A DNA stretch of 64,000 nt. It comes from an uncultured Anaerolineales bacterium (GTDB taxonomy: Bacteria; Chloroflexota; Anaerolineae; Anaerolineales; JABWBV01). How positions within the stretch are numbered: the first letter of the stretch is position 1; each line of letters starts with the position of its first letter. The notes beneath the pieces were generated by a model. The model was not told the origin of the DNA, did not search any database, and was given only the letters and a program-made list of their open reading frames with translations. This document shows, piece by piece, positions 18,004-27,427 of this stretch. The stretch is from positions 68,934-132,933 of the forward strand of contig CAZAYY010000010.1 in the NCBI GenBank assembly GCA_964489525.1, in the 5' to 3' direction. Both the position numbers and the translations under genes were made by a program.

Positions 18004-20331
18004 ATGGCAGGTAACAAAGAACTGTTCCAAAAGGCAATGACCCTGGGCGCTTCTGCCGCCTGGGACCTGGAATGGGAGAAAGCCATCAGCCACTACCGGG
18101 TTGCCGTGGCCGAATTTCCTGACGATATTCAGGCCCTCAACAACCTGGCAGCCGCACTGTATGAAATCAAGCAATACGACCAGGCTCTTTTTATTTACCA
18201 GAAAGTCGTCCAGGCCACACCCAACGACCCGGTTTTGCTCGAAAGGGTGTCTCTCATTCTCGAATTCCAGGGGCTCATTGAACAAAGCGCTGAATTGGCC
18301 GCCCGGGCTGGCGAAATTCACCTGCAAAACCGCGCCATCAACAAAGCGGTGGATAACCTCACCCGTTCGGTGGTGCTGGTGCCCGAAAATTTACAGCGGC
18401 GTTCGCGCCTGGCGTTGATTTTTGAAAAAATTAACCGCAAAGATGCCGCAGTGCGCGAATACCTGGCGGCAGCCAGCCTGCTGCAGCATTCCGGACAAAA
18501 AGACAAGGCCATAGAACTGGTCAATCACTGCCTTAAGCTGATTCCCAACAACAACGAAGCCTCACAGGCGCTGGGCCTTTTACGCGCCAACCAGCCCCTG
18601 CCGCGCCCACGCCGCCAGTACATTCCAAAAACGAGGTCGACGGATGAAGCACAGCCCGAACCACCCAGGGTCAGCCCTGTGGCGGCCGGGGAGGAAATTG
18701 ACCCGATTGCCAAAGCTCGCAAAGAAGCGTTGGCCGTTTTGGCAGCCCTGCTGTTTGACCAGGAAGATACCGGAACTGAACTGGAACATGCCCCCATCCG
18801 CTCGAGCATTCAATCGCTCACCCGGGGAACCGGCCCGCTCTCACAGGCCAATTTGGAACGAGCCAACATTGTGCTGCACCTCAGCCAGGCGGTAGATGCC
18901 CAGGCCCGCGGAAAAATTGAGGAAGCCGCCAACGAACTGGAAAAAGCGATTGACTCTGGCCTGGATAACGCCGCCGCCTACTTCGACCTGGGCCTGCTGC
19001 GCAAAGATATTGGCCGGCTCGAAAGCGCCATGCGCAACCTGCAGCATGCTGTTCAACACGAAATTTTCGCCCTGCCGGCCCGTTTGCTGCTCGGGCAAAC
19101 GCTCAAACAGCTCAACCGGACCCACGACGCCAGTTTGCAATACATGGAAGCCTTGCGGCTGGCGGATGCCAGCATGTTTGAAGGCAAACAGGCCCAGGAA
19201 CTGGCAGAGATGTACGAACCAATTATCGAAACCCTTTTCCAGGCTGACGCAGGGGTAGACTTCGCCCGTTTGTGCACCACGATTCAAGAACTGCTCATCC
19301 AGCCAGACTGGCGCAAGCGGGTTTTGCAGGCCCGCCAACAACTGCCGCAGCCGCCAACGGGCGCACCGCCAACCCCCCTGGCAGAAATCATCACCCAGGT
19401 ACAAAACACCCAGGTGCTGACCGCCCTTTCGCAAATTCACGAACTGGCCAACCAAAAAATGTACCGGATGGCCATGGAAGAGGCTTTTTGGGCCTTAAAA
19501 TTTGCCCCGACATACCTGCCTCTGCACACCATCATGGCAGAAATTCTGCTCGAACAGGAGCAGTTCCAGGACGCCATCACCAAGTTTAACGTTGTGGCGC
19601 GGGCCTACAGCGCCCGCGGCGAATCTGCCAGGGCCATTGATGTTTTCCGGCGCATTACCCGCCTGGCGCCCCTGGACCTGACCGCCCGCAAAAGGCTGAT
19701 TGACCAGCTGACCGCGGCCGGCAAACATGAAGATACCATCCAGGAATACATCGAACTCGGTGATGTGTATTACCGCCTGACCGAAATGGACAAAGCGCGC
19801 GAGACTTACCAAAAAGCGCTGAATTATTCTCAACAAAACAACCTGAGCGCACAATGGACGATTGAAGTGCTTCACCACCTGGCCGATATTGACTTGCAGC
19901 TTCTGGATTGGCGCCGGGCGATTAAGCTTTTCCAGCAAATCCGGGCAATGGACCCAGCGGATGAAAAAGCCGGCCTGAACGTGATTGACCTGAACCTGAG
20001 AGTGGGCAATGAAAACCAGGCCCTTTCAGAACTGGGCAACTATATTGCCTACCTGAACCGCAGCGGCAAAACGGATGTTGCCCTGGAAGTTTTAGACACG
20101 CTCTCGCAAAACTACCCGGACCACACGGCAATTCGCCAGAGCCTGGCCGAACAGTTTCAGAAATTGGGGAAGAACGATGAGGCCATCGAACAATGGGATT
20201 TGGTGGGCGATTTGTGCCTGCAGAAAGGGAATCCGAGAGGCGCAATCCACGCCATCCAACAAATCATCTCCTTAAACCCGGACAACGTGGCAGATTACCG
20301 GCAGGTATTAAGGGATTTGCAGAACTCGTAA
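18004..20331 (+). CDS. tetratricopeptide repeat protein
   Basis: 775 aa with repeated TPR-like helical units. No catalytic motif seen. Confidence 0.75.
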   Translation: MAGNKELFQKAMTLGASAAWDLEWEKAISHYRVAVAEFPDDIQALNNLAAALYEIKQYDQALFIYQKVVQATPNDPVLLERVSLILEFQGLIEQSAELAARAGEIHLQNRAINKAVDNLTRSVVLVPENLQRRSRLALIFEKINRKDAAVREYLAAASLLQHSGQKDKAIELVNHCLKLIPNNNEASQALGLLRANQPLPRPRRQYIPKTRSTDEAQPEPPRVSPVAAGEEIDPIAKARKEALAVLAALLFDQEDTGTELEHAPIRSSIQSLTRGTGPLSQANLERANIVLHLSQAVDAQARGKIEEAANELEKAIDSGLDNAAAYFDLGLLRKDIGRLESAMRNLQHAVQHEIFALPARLLLGQTLKQLNRTHDASLQYMEALRLADASMFEGKQAQELAEMYEPIIETLFQADAGVDFARLCTTIQELLIQPDWRKRVLQARQQLPQPPTGAPPTPLAEIITQVQNTQVLTALSQIHELANQKMYRMAMEEAFWALKFAPTYLPLHTIMAEILLEQEQFQDAITKFNVVARAYSARGESARAIDVFRRITRLAPLDLTARKRLIDQLTAAGKHEDTIQEYIELGDVYYRLTEMDKARETYQKALNYSQQNNLSAQWTIEVLHHLADIDLQLLDWRRAIKLFQQIRAMDPADEKAGLNVIDLNLRVGNENQALSELGNYIAYLNRSGKTDVALEVLDTLSQNYPDHTAIRQSLAEQFQKLGKNDEAIEQWDLVGDLCLQKGNPRGAIHAIQQIISLNPDNVADYRQVLRDLQNS

Positions 20332-20347
20332 AACAGAAGCGGAAAAA

Positions 20348-21307
20348 TCAGGGAAGGATGCGGTAAGACGCAACAGCATTGTCCTGCAGGTGGAGCGCCA
20401 GGGCAGCGACCTGCACCGTCACCCTGCCCTCCGCAGGCAAAACCGTTGGCGGCGGCACTTCAACCACAGCAATGCCATTGGCATCTGTAAATCCCTGCCA
20501 GGCAAAGGTTTCACCCGAAGGGTAGGTTGCCTGGATGGAGATTGAACCATTCGCAACCGGCACACGTCCATCATCCAACACAATCACATAAATTTGCTGG
20601 AATGTACCGGCCAGCGCGGTGGTTGTTTTCGGATAGGCAACCACAAAAATTTGCTCAGCCTGGAACAACTGCTGGTAGGCTGGTTCACCACCGTAAAAAA
20701 TGGAGAGCAGCCGGGCCGGGTCTTCGCGTTCCAGGTAAAAAAGCTGCATACCCAGGTCGCTCAACTGAACGCGCTGGTCCAACGATTGACCAGTGGGTTC
20801 CCAAACAAACCTGGAGAATTCAAAATATTGCACATACCGCCCGCCTTCCAGGCGAAGGAGGCTAATGGGCAAACCAAGCACAGCGGCGCCGCCATACTGG
20901 TTGTAAAACGCCAGAAAATCGCCGCATACCCAGAATGTGTTAATCAACTCACAGCGAGTGTAGTCCTGATCCACAAGATCGCCCAAAACCGTATTTACAA
21001 ACCGTTCTCCCAGGGGAATCCGGGTAACCTGGCCATTCTGAAAAATCAGCAAAGCGCGGGCAAAATATTGCAAACGGGCGCCTGTGGCGGGGTCTGTAAA
21101 GGCTTCGGTCAGCGGTGGGCCCATAACCAAATCGGCATTGGACAACTGGTTGTAATACCCCAAAAAATCGCCCTGAATGGAATGCCCATTCAGGTAAACC
21201 ACGTCGAGGCCTTGTTGGGTGGCAGCTTCTCCCCAGGTTAGCGCCAATAAAAGCGCAACCCCGAATAATATCCCTGCAAACCTGGTTAAGCGTTTCATTA
21301 GAAACAT
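20348..21307 (-). CDS. hypothetical exported protein
   Basis: Signal-like MKRLTRFAGILFGVALLLALTWG (start possibly 21298). No family recognised. Confidence 0.5.
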   Translation of the reverse strand: MFLMKRLTRFAGILFGVALLLALTWGEAATQQGLDVVYLNGHSIQGDFLGYYNQLSNADLVMGPPLTEAFTDPATGARLQYFARALLIFQNGQVTRIPLGERFVNTVLGDLVDQDYTRCELINTFWVCGDFLAFYNQYGGAAVLGLPISLLRLEGGRYVQYFEFSRFVWEPTGQSLDQRVQLSDLGMQLFYLEREDPARLLSIFYGGEPAYQQLFQAEQIFVVAYPKTTTALAGTFQQIYVIVLDDGRVPVANGSISIQATYPSGETFAWQGFTDANGIAVVEVPPPTVLPAEGRVTVQVAALALHLQDNAVASYRILP

Positions 21308-21311
21308 TATA

Positions 21312-21995
21312 TCAAATATTTTTAAAAAGTACCTCGGTTAATTGGCTGGTTGTGGGCAAAACCAGGTTTGCCCCGGCTTTGTGCAGTTCGGGTTCTTCGC
21401 CAAAGCCGCATAAAACCCCAACGGTTTGCGCCCCGGCTGAAACCCCGGCACGAATATCCACCGTGGTATCCCCAATCATCAGGCAGTTTTCAGGGGATAC
21501 GCCCATTTTTTGCGCTGCCCAAATCACGGGCTGGGGAGATGGTTTCGTCCGGGGCGTAACCTGCCCACTGGCAATCGCTGTGAAATACTTGCCCAGGTCA
21601 TAATGGTCTAAAAAGGCCTGTGTGCCGCGCTGGTCGCGAGCCGTTACCACCGCCAGTGGATATCGGCTGGAGAGCGCTGCCAACATCTCCGCTACTCCTG
21701 AAATGAGCAGTTGTTGTGGGCGTTTGCTGCCGCGCTTATCTTTCCAGAAATAGGTCCAGGCGACCATCTCGTCATCCACCCCCAGGCGGTCGCTCAGGCC
21801 ATGCAGCGAGTTCATGGGCCCCTCAATGTGCATCACGAAACGCCGGGCAGCATGGCGGTAGTCGCGCTGGGGCAGCATCCATGCAAACGGGCGAAAGAAC
21901 CGGGCTACCGAATTGACGAATATATCGTCCGTATCGCGCAGGGTGCCGTCCACATCAAAACACAAGGCCTGAATTTTGCCAACATTTAAGGTCAT
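21312..21995 (-). CDS. HAD-superfamily hydrolase (phosphoglycolate phosphatase-like)
   Basis: CFDVDGTLRDTDD (DxDGT motif I), VVTARD, GDTTVDIRAG (motif IV). Confidence 0.8.
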   Translation of the reverse strand: MTLNVGKIQALCFDVDGTLRDTDDIFVNSVARFFRPFAWMLPQRDYRHAARRFVMHIEGPMNSLHGLSDRLGVDDEMVAWTYFWKDKRGSKRPQQLLISGVAEMLAALSSRYPLAVVTARDQRGTQAFLDHYDLGKYFTAIASGQVTPRTKPSPQPVIWAAQKMGVSPENCLMIGDTTVDIRAGVSAGAQTVGVLCGFGEEPELHKAGANLVLPTTSQLTEVLFKNI

Positions 21996-22211
21996 TGATT
22001 TCTCCTATGCAGGTTGAGATTGGGGTAGAACCAGGCAAGGCAGCCTGACCGATTGTACCCTAAAATCGGGGAACCTATCTTCTTTGGCCTGTGCCAGCTC
22101 CAAACTTCGACTTTAAGCAAGGACTGCCTGTACACACTTTTGCCCTTTACAGGTTTTATAGAATCGTTACAATTGTAAGGTACCACGCGTGGTTGAATCA
22201 AATTTTGGTGG

Positions 22212-22616
22212 ATGATGACGAAAAACGGGCGAAAAATTTTGTTAATTGCAGGCGACATTGTGACCGCAGGTATCGTCACAGTGTATGGCTTTGCCACCCA
22301 CGACCGGCTGGACAGCGGTGGAGCACACATGCTGACCACACTGCTGCCTGTTTTGGCCGCCTGGGTGTTGGTGGGGTTCCCGTTAAAAGTTTTCGACCTG
22401 CCTACAGCACTTTCCTGGCGAGATCTGTGGCGACCCGTGTGGGTGATGGTGTTGGGCGGCCCCTTTGCAGCTTTTTTGCGCAGCCTGTGGCTGAACCGCC
22501 CGGTGCCGCCAATTTTTGTGATTGTTCTGGGCGGCATCAGCGGGCTGGCGCTTTTAGGATGGCGTGTGATATTTTGGGCTTTTTGGGCCTGGAGGGACAA
22601 GTATGCCAGCCGATGA
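22212..22616 (+). CDS. DUF3054-like small membrane protein
   Basis: Four predicted TM helices. LIAGDIVTAGIVTVYGFATHD resembles DUF3054. Confidence 0.55.
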   Translation: MMTKNGRKILLIAGDIVTAGIVTVYGFATHDRLDSGGAHMLTTLLPVLAAWVLVGFPLKVFDLPTALSWRDLWRPVWVMVLGGPFAAFLRSLWLNRPVPPIFVIVLGGISGLALLGWRVIFWAFWAWRDKYASR

Positions 22617-23211
22617 AATTTCCCTCATCCAGATGGCACAGGAAGGCGACCTGACCGCCTTCAACCGCCTGGTACTGCTGTACCAGGATATGGCCTACCA
22701 CGTGGCGTACCGGATCATGGGCGAAGAAAACGCCGCCGAAGACGCCACCCAGGAGGCGTTTTTGTTGGCTTACACCAACCTGAACAAATTCCGGGGCGGC
22801 TCGTTTCGCGCCTGGCTGATGCGCATTGTGACCAATGCCTGCTACGACGAGCTGCGCAAACGCAAACGCCGCCCAACCACGCCCCTTGAACCGGTGGTGG
22901 ACGATGAGGACACCTTCGATTCACCATCCTGGATGGTGGATCCTGGCGAATCGCCCGAAGAAAGCGCCCTGCGCCAGGAAATTAGCCGGGCGATTCAACG
23001 CTGTTTGCGCAATCTGCCTGAAGAATTCCGCGCTGTGGTAGCCCTGATTGATGTGCAGGGTATGGATTACTCGGAGGTGGCTGGGATCATTCAAAAACCC
23101 CTGGGAACTGTAAAAAGCAGGCTGGCACGCGCCAGGGAAAAACTGCGCGATTGTTTGCATGGATTTGGGGAACTTTTGCCTTCCACTTTTCGTTTAGAAG
23201 GGGAGAGGTGA
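22603..23211 (+). CDS. ECF-type RNA polymerase sigma-70 factor
   Basis: Region 2 (FNRLVLLYQDMAYHVAYRIMG, EDATQEAFLLAY) and region 4 HTH (EFRAVVALIDVQGMDYSEVAGIIQKPLGTVKSRLARAR). GGAGG RBS. Confidence 0.9.
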   Translation: MPADEISLIQMAQEGDLTAFNRLVLLYQDMAYHVAYRIMGEENAAEDATQEAFLLAYTNLNKFRGGSFRAWLMRIVTNACYDELRKRKRRPTTPLEPVVDDEDTFDSPSWMVDPGESPEESALRQEISRAIQRCLRNLPEEFRAVVALIDVQGMDYSEVAGIIQKPLGTVKSRLARAREKLRDCLHGFGELLPSTFRLEGER

Positions 23212-23214
23212 TTT

Positions 23215-24096
23215 ATGCGGATTCGTGAAAAAGATTGGGAACTGCTATCGGCGTATTTGGATAACCAGCTCAGCGAGCGGGAACGCAGCAAGCTGGAGAT
23301 GCAGATTAAAGGCAGTTCCGAAATGCAGCAGGCCCTTGCAGAACTGCGCCAGACAAAAACTATCTTGAGGCGTTCTGCCCGGGTGCGCGCCCCCCGCAAT
23401 TTCACCCTGACGCCTGAAATGGTGGGCATCCGCCCCCGCCAGCACCGGGCTTACCCCGTGCTGCGGCTTGCCATGGTGGTTGCCAGCTTCTTGTTTTTGC
23501 TGGTCTTTTCCGGTGACCTGACTGGCCTGATTCCTGGTGTGCCGCCGGTAACAGCAAATTTTGCCGCCCGGCAGGCCGAACCCGAAATGGCCATGGCGCC
23601 ATCCCGCCCCATGGGCGGCGGTGGGTTCGGTGGGGGTGGTGGCGTGGACCTCGCCCCAGGCACCGGACTGGGGGTCGTCATTTTTGCTACCCCTGTTCCC
23701 GATGAATCTTCCGCCAAAGTGATGGTCGCAGAGGCTGAAGTTGTTGTCACCCAGGAGGTTGCGGCTGTGGTAGAACCCGAAGCCAATCCTTCTGCCGAAG
23801 AACCCACCACCAAAGATATGGCGGTCGCTCCCACGGCAACCCCCATGATGGAAGTTTTCGCCACAGCACCCGACAGCAGCCGCGAAACGCTGGCGCTTGA
23901 GCCAACGCCGGAATTGGAAAGCAACGCTGCTGAACAGGCTGTTGAAAATGCCCAAGCACTGGACGCGGCCCAAGCCGAGACCCAACCCACCTCCAATTGG
24001 AGCCGGACACTGGTCACCATTTTGGAAATCACCTTGCTGGTGCTCGTCGTGGCTGGCGCTGCGGGGCTGTATTACCTCAAGAATAAAATCATCTAA
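23215..24096 (+). CDS. putative anti-sigma factor (single-pass membrane protein)
   Basis: Immediately downstream of the ECF sigma gene. N-terminal LSAYLDNQLSERERSKLE anti-sigma-like helix and a central TM segment. Confidence 0.65.
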   Translation: MRIREKDWELLSAYLDNQLSERERSKLEMQIKGSSEMQQALAELRQTKTILRRSARVRAPRNFTLTPEMVGIRPRQHRAYPVLRLAMVVASFLFLLVFSGDLTGLIPGVPPVTANFAARQAEPEMAMAPSRPMGGGGFGGGGGVDLAPGTGLGVVIFATPVPDESSAKVMVAEAEVVVTQEVAAVVEPEANPSAEEPTTKDMAVAPTATPMMEVFATAPDSSRETLALEPTPELESNAAEQAVENAQALDAAQAETQPTSNWSRTLVTILEITLLVLVVAGAAGLYYLKNKII

Positions 24097-24422
24097 TTTT
24101 GGTTGCCCCTGTTGTGACAGGCAAAATGGGAGAAAACGATCCCGCAGTCGCAGCGCTTGTTTGGCATGATTTATGGGGGAAGATGCCCTGGAGCGAGTTG
24201 GCCCTTGAGAACCCATAAAATGGCCCAAAATCGCTATTGCGCACCAAAAAATTTATGTTAAACTTAGGGCATTGTTGTCCCAGGCTGTTTTTCCTACTGC
24301 GTATTTTTGTTTGTCCGCTTTTAAACAACCGAGCAAAATCGGCAATAGTTTGTGATTCCGATCACGCCGGTAGTTTGTTTTTTTTATCCCAGCGCTCTTA
24401 AGAATTCGAAAGGAGAACCCAA

Positions 24423-26174
24423 ATGCGAATAAAAATCTTAAAACCATTCCTCTGGTTAGGGGCGTTCGTTTTATTGGTTGGGCTTGCCTGCAACCTGACC
24501 AGTGCGGCCGTTCCCGCCACATCCCCGGCGCCAGAACAGCCCACGGCTGCTGTGCCAACAAACGCACCCGCACCCACAACTGCCCCCGAACCCACCCCCA
24601 CGGTTTCGCTGGCCATTTCCACTTTGCAAGACGCTAAGAAAGCTGTCATCCAAATTGAAGCCCAGGGAACCTTTGTTGACCCTGAATTTGGGCTTCAGCT
24701 CAATGCGGCTGGCCGCGGCTCCGGGTTCATTATTGACCCATCCGGCCTGGCGGTTACCAACAATCATGTGGTCACCGGCGCTGCGCTGCTGCGGGTTTGG
24801 GTGGGTGGCGAAACCAACCCCCGCAACGCCCGGGTGGTGGCGGTTTCCGAGTGTTCGGACCTGGCCCTGATTGACATCGAGGGCGATGGCTACCCCTTCC
24901 TGGAATGGTACAACGGGACCATTGATGTCGGCCTGGATATGTACGTGGCCGGGTTCCCCCTGGGAGACCCGGAATACACCCTGAGCCGGGGCGTGGTTTC
25001 CAAAGCCAGGGCCAATGGCGATTCGAACTGGGCATCGGTAGATTCTGTCCTTGAGTATGATGCCAATTCGAACCCGGGCAATTCGGGTGGGCCGGTCATC
25101 ACCGCCGATGGCAAGGTGATTGCCGTGCACTATGCCGGCAATTCCAGCACCCGCCAGGCTTTTGGTGTTGCCCGCGATACCGCCAAAAGCGTGGTGGAAG
25201 AACTGAAGAAAGGCCAGGACTACCTGTCCATCGGCGTCAACGGCACAGCCATTGCCGACCCCGAATCTGGCCTGTATGGAATTTGGGTGGCTTCGGTCAA
25301 ATCTGGCTCTGTAGCTGACAAATCTGGCATCAAAGCAGGCGACATCATCTACAGCCTCGAAGGCCTAATTCTCTCCACCGATGGCACCATGAAAGATTAC
25401 TGCACCATTCTGCGCAGCCACCAGCCCAGCGATACCCTGACCATGGAAGTAATCCGGTTCTCGACGTATGAATTTCTGGAAGGCCAGCTTAATGGGCGCG
25501 CCCTGGAAGTCACTGGCTTTTTCGGGGATACCGGTTCCGGCGGCACTGCTGGCGGCAGCACCGGCGGGAGTGCAGGCGGAGGCACCGGTGGAACCACTGG
25601 CGGAACCGACCGCGGCCCGTATTTCACCGAGGAATTTGACGACGGCGCCCCTGGCTGGACCTATTTCTTGATGAGCGGTGATGATAATCTCTGGGATCTG
25701 TATACCGAAGAAGGTTACCTGGGCTTTTACCTTTATGGAACGGATATTTGGGCCTACCTGACCTATGATGAATATTATTACGCCGATGTCTGGATTGGGG
25801 CGGGCGTAGACAACTATGGCAGTGAAGATAACACCTTCAGCCTGGTTTGCCGCTACGGCGACCTTGGCTGGTATGAGTTCAGTGTTGCCAACGATGGCAC
25901 CTATTGGATTTATGCCTACGATGAAGCCACCCAAAGCTACAATGAATTGACCAGCGGGTTTACAGACGCAATGCTCCCCGGAAACAACAGCAATGAATTC
26001 ATTGCATCCTGCCTGGGCAACGAGTTCACACTCTACATCAACGGCACCGTAGTGGACACAGCCATAGACAACACCTACGGATTTTATGAAGGGCTGGTCG
26101 GCTTTTCGGTCTCGTCTTTCGACACCCCGGATGTCCAGATGGATGTGAATTGGTTCGCCATTGAAGAGCCCTAA
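24423..26174 (+). CDS. trypsin-like serine protease (HtrA/S1C-like) with PDZ domain and C-terminal jelly-roll (DUF1080/LamG-like) domain; lipoprotein
   Basis: Lipobox LLVGLAC. TNNHVV (His), GNSGGPV (Ser). PDZ-like GIWVASVKSGSVADKSGIKAGDIIYSLEG. A Gly-rich linker precedes a ~170-aa aromatic-rich C-terminal domain. Confidence 0.8.
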   Translation: MRIKILKPFLWLGAFVLLVGLACNLTSAAVPATSPAPEQPTAAVPTNAPAPTTAPEPTPTVSLAISTLQDAKKAVIQIEAQGTFVDPEFGLQLNAAGRGSGFIIDPSGLAVTNNHVVTGAALLRVWVGGETNPRNARVVAVSECSDLALIDIEGDGYPFLEWYNGTIDVGLDMYVAGFPLGDPEYTLSRGVVSKARANGDSNWASVDSVLEYDANSNPGNSGGPVITADGKVIAVHYAGNSSTRQAFGVARDTAKSVVEELKKGQDYLSIGVNGTAIADPESGLYGIWVASVKSGSVADKSGIKAGDIIYSLEGLILSTDGTMKDYCTILRSHQPSDTLTMEVIRFSTYEFLEGQLNGRALEVTGFFGDTGSGGTAGGSTGGSAGGGTGGTTGGTDRGPYFTEEFDDGAPGWTYFLMSGDDNLWDLYTEEGYLGFYLYGTDIWAYLTYDEYYYADVWIGAGVDNYGSEDNTFSLVCRYGDLGWYEFSVANDGTYWIYAYDEATQSYNELTSGFTDAMLPGNNSNEFIASCLGNEFTLYINGTVVDTAIDNTYGFYEGLVGFSVSSFDTPDVQMDVNWFAIEEP

Positions 26175-26201
26175 ACCAAACCGCTTTTTTTGACCCACGA
26201 T

Positions 26202-26243
26202 AACAACAACTCCCGAATTTGCATTCGGGAGTTGTTGTTTATT
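26202..26243 (+). terminator. intrinsic terminator
   Basis: 17-bp perfect stem AACAACAACTCCCGAAT / ATTCGGGAGTTGTTGTT with loop TTGC, then TATT. Lies 28 nt after the protease stop. Confidence 0.6.
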
Positions 26244-26273
26244 CAGGTAGAATATTGCAAAAGGAAACATTGT

Positions 26274-27422
26274 ATGACCCATTCGATCCGGTTCCAGTTC
26301 GCAATCTTTTTCCTGCTGTTGGTTCTAATCAGCAGTTTGGCAGGCTGCCAGGCCGGGGCTGCGCCTGTGGCAGAACCCCAACCAATCGCACCAACCAACC
26401 CCGCCCCCACTGAAGTGCCCACTGAAGTGCCCACGGCAGTACCCAGCCCGACCCCGCTGCCCACCAGCCTGCCCCCATCGCCCACCCTGCCGCCCACACC
26501 AGCAATCGCACCCACTTTCACCCCCGCTGAGTGGGTCGCACGCGGCTTAGAGCCAGCGCCGTACTGTTCAGCCGAAGGGCTGCTGTGCGCCCACGCCCCA
26601 ACCGGCTGGCTCAACCAATTTGGAACCGGACAAATGGAATTAACCGCCCCCGACCAGACCGCCTATATCAACCTGGAATTGATTTACACCATCACGCAGT
26701 ACGACCCCCGGGACCTGGCTTTTTTTGCCGCCGCCCGCGAGGAAAACTATTTCCGGGGGTTTGATGCTTATGTACAAACCGCGGTGTTTGAAACCCCCAA
26801 TGGCATTACGATTGAGAAAACGCTGGATTTCAGCGGCGTGGTGCAAAAGGTGGTTTCAACATACCGCCTGGCAGAACTGGCGGTTGTGGCAGTAGATTTT
26901 TGGGCAGATGCACCCATCTACCCTGGGTATGACCAGATTTTCCAGCGGGTGCTCGAAACAACCCAGGCCGCCTCTCCCCAGAACAGCACCCTGCCCCCGT
27001 ACAGCTTCCGGCTGGATTTCTCAGACCCACAGGGATTCTCCACCTTCCAGGTGCCGCGCGATTGGAACTACAGCCTGCGCACAGAAGGGGCCATCACCAT
27101 CAACGAATTCCGCGCCCCAGACATCGCCGCACAAATTCAGCAGATTTCTTACCCCGATTTTTCCAGCAGCGGGGCGGCGCCGGAAGAAATGACGCTGCGG
27201 CTTGTGTCGGCCTACCTGTCACAGGATGCAGCGGGAACTTCGGTGGAAGAACTGGCCGATGGGGGCCTACGCGTAGAATGGTCCGGCCCGGGGAGTGGGT
27301 TCAGCATCGTCTATATTCGGGAGAATACGCTGCTTGTGCTTTCGTTTGAGGCGCCCCGTTTTGGCCTGGATGAGGTGATGCCGCTGTTTGAAGAACTGCT
27401 GCTGGCGTATTATGTCCCCTGA
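26274..27422 (+). CDS. hypothetical lipoprotein with Pro/Thr-rich linker
   Basis: Start at ATG 26274. Signal plus lipobox FFLLLVLISSLAGC. PTEVPTEVPTAVPSPTPLPT linker. Confidence 0.6.
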   Translation: MTHSIRFQFAIFFLLLVLISSLAGCQAGAAPVAEPQPIAPTNPAPTEVPTEVPTAVPSPTPLPTSLPPSPTLPPTPAIAPTFTPAEWVARGLEPAPYCSAEGLLCAHAPTGWLNQFGTGQMELTAPDQTAYINLELIYTITQYDPRDLAFFAAAREENYFRGFDAYVQTAVFETPNGITIEKTLDFSGVVQKVVSTYRLAELAVVAVDFWADAPIYPGYDQIFQRVLETTQAASPQNSTLPPYSFRLDFSDPQGFSTFQVPRDWNYSLRTEGAITINEFRAPDIAAQIQQISYPDFSSSGAAPEEMTLRLVSAYLSQDAAGTSVEELADGGLRVEWSGPGSGFSIVYIRENTLLVLSFEAPRFGLDEVMPLFEELLLAYYVP

Positions 27423-27427
27423 CTGGG

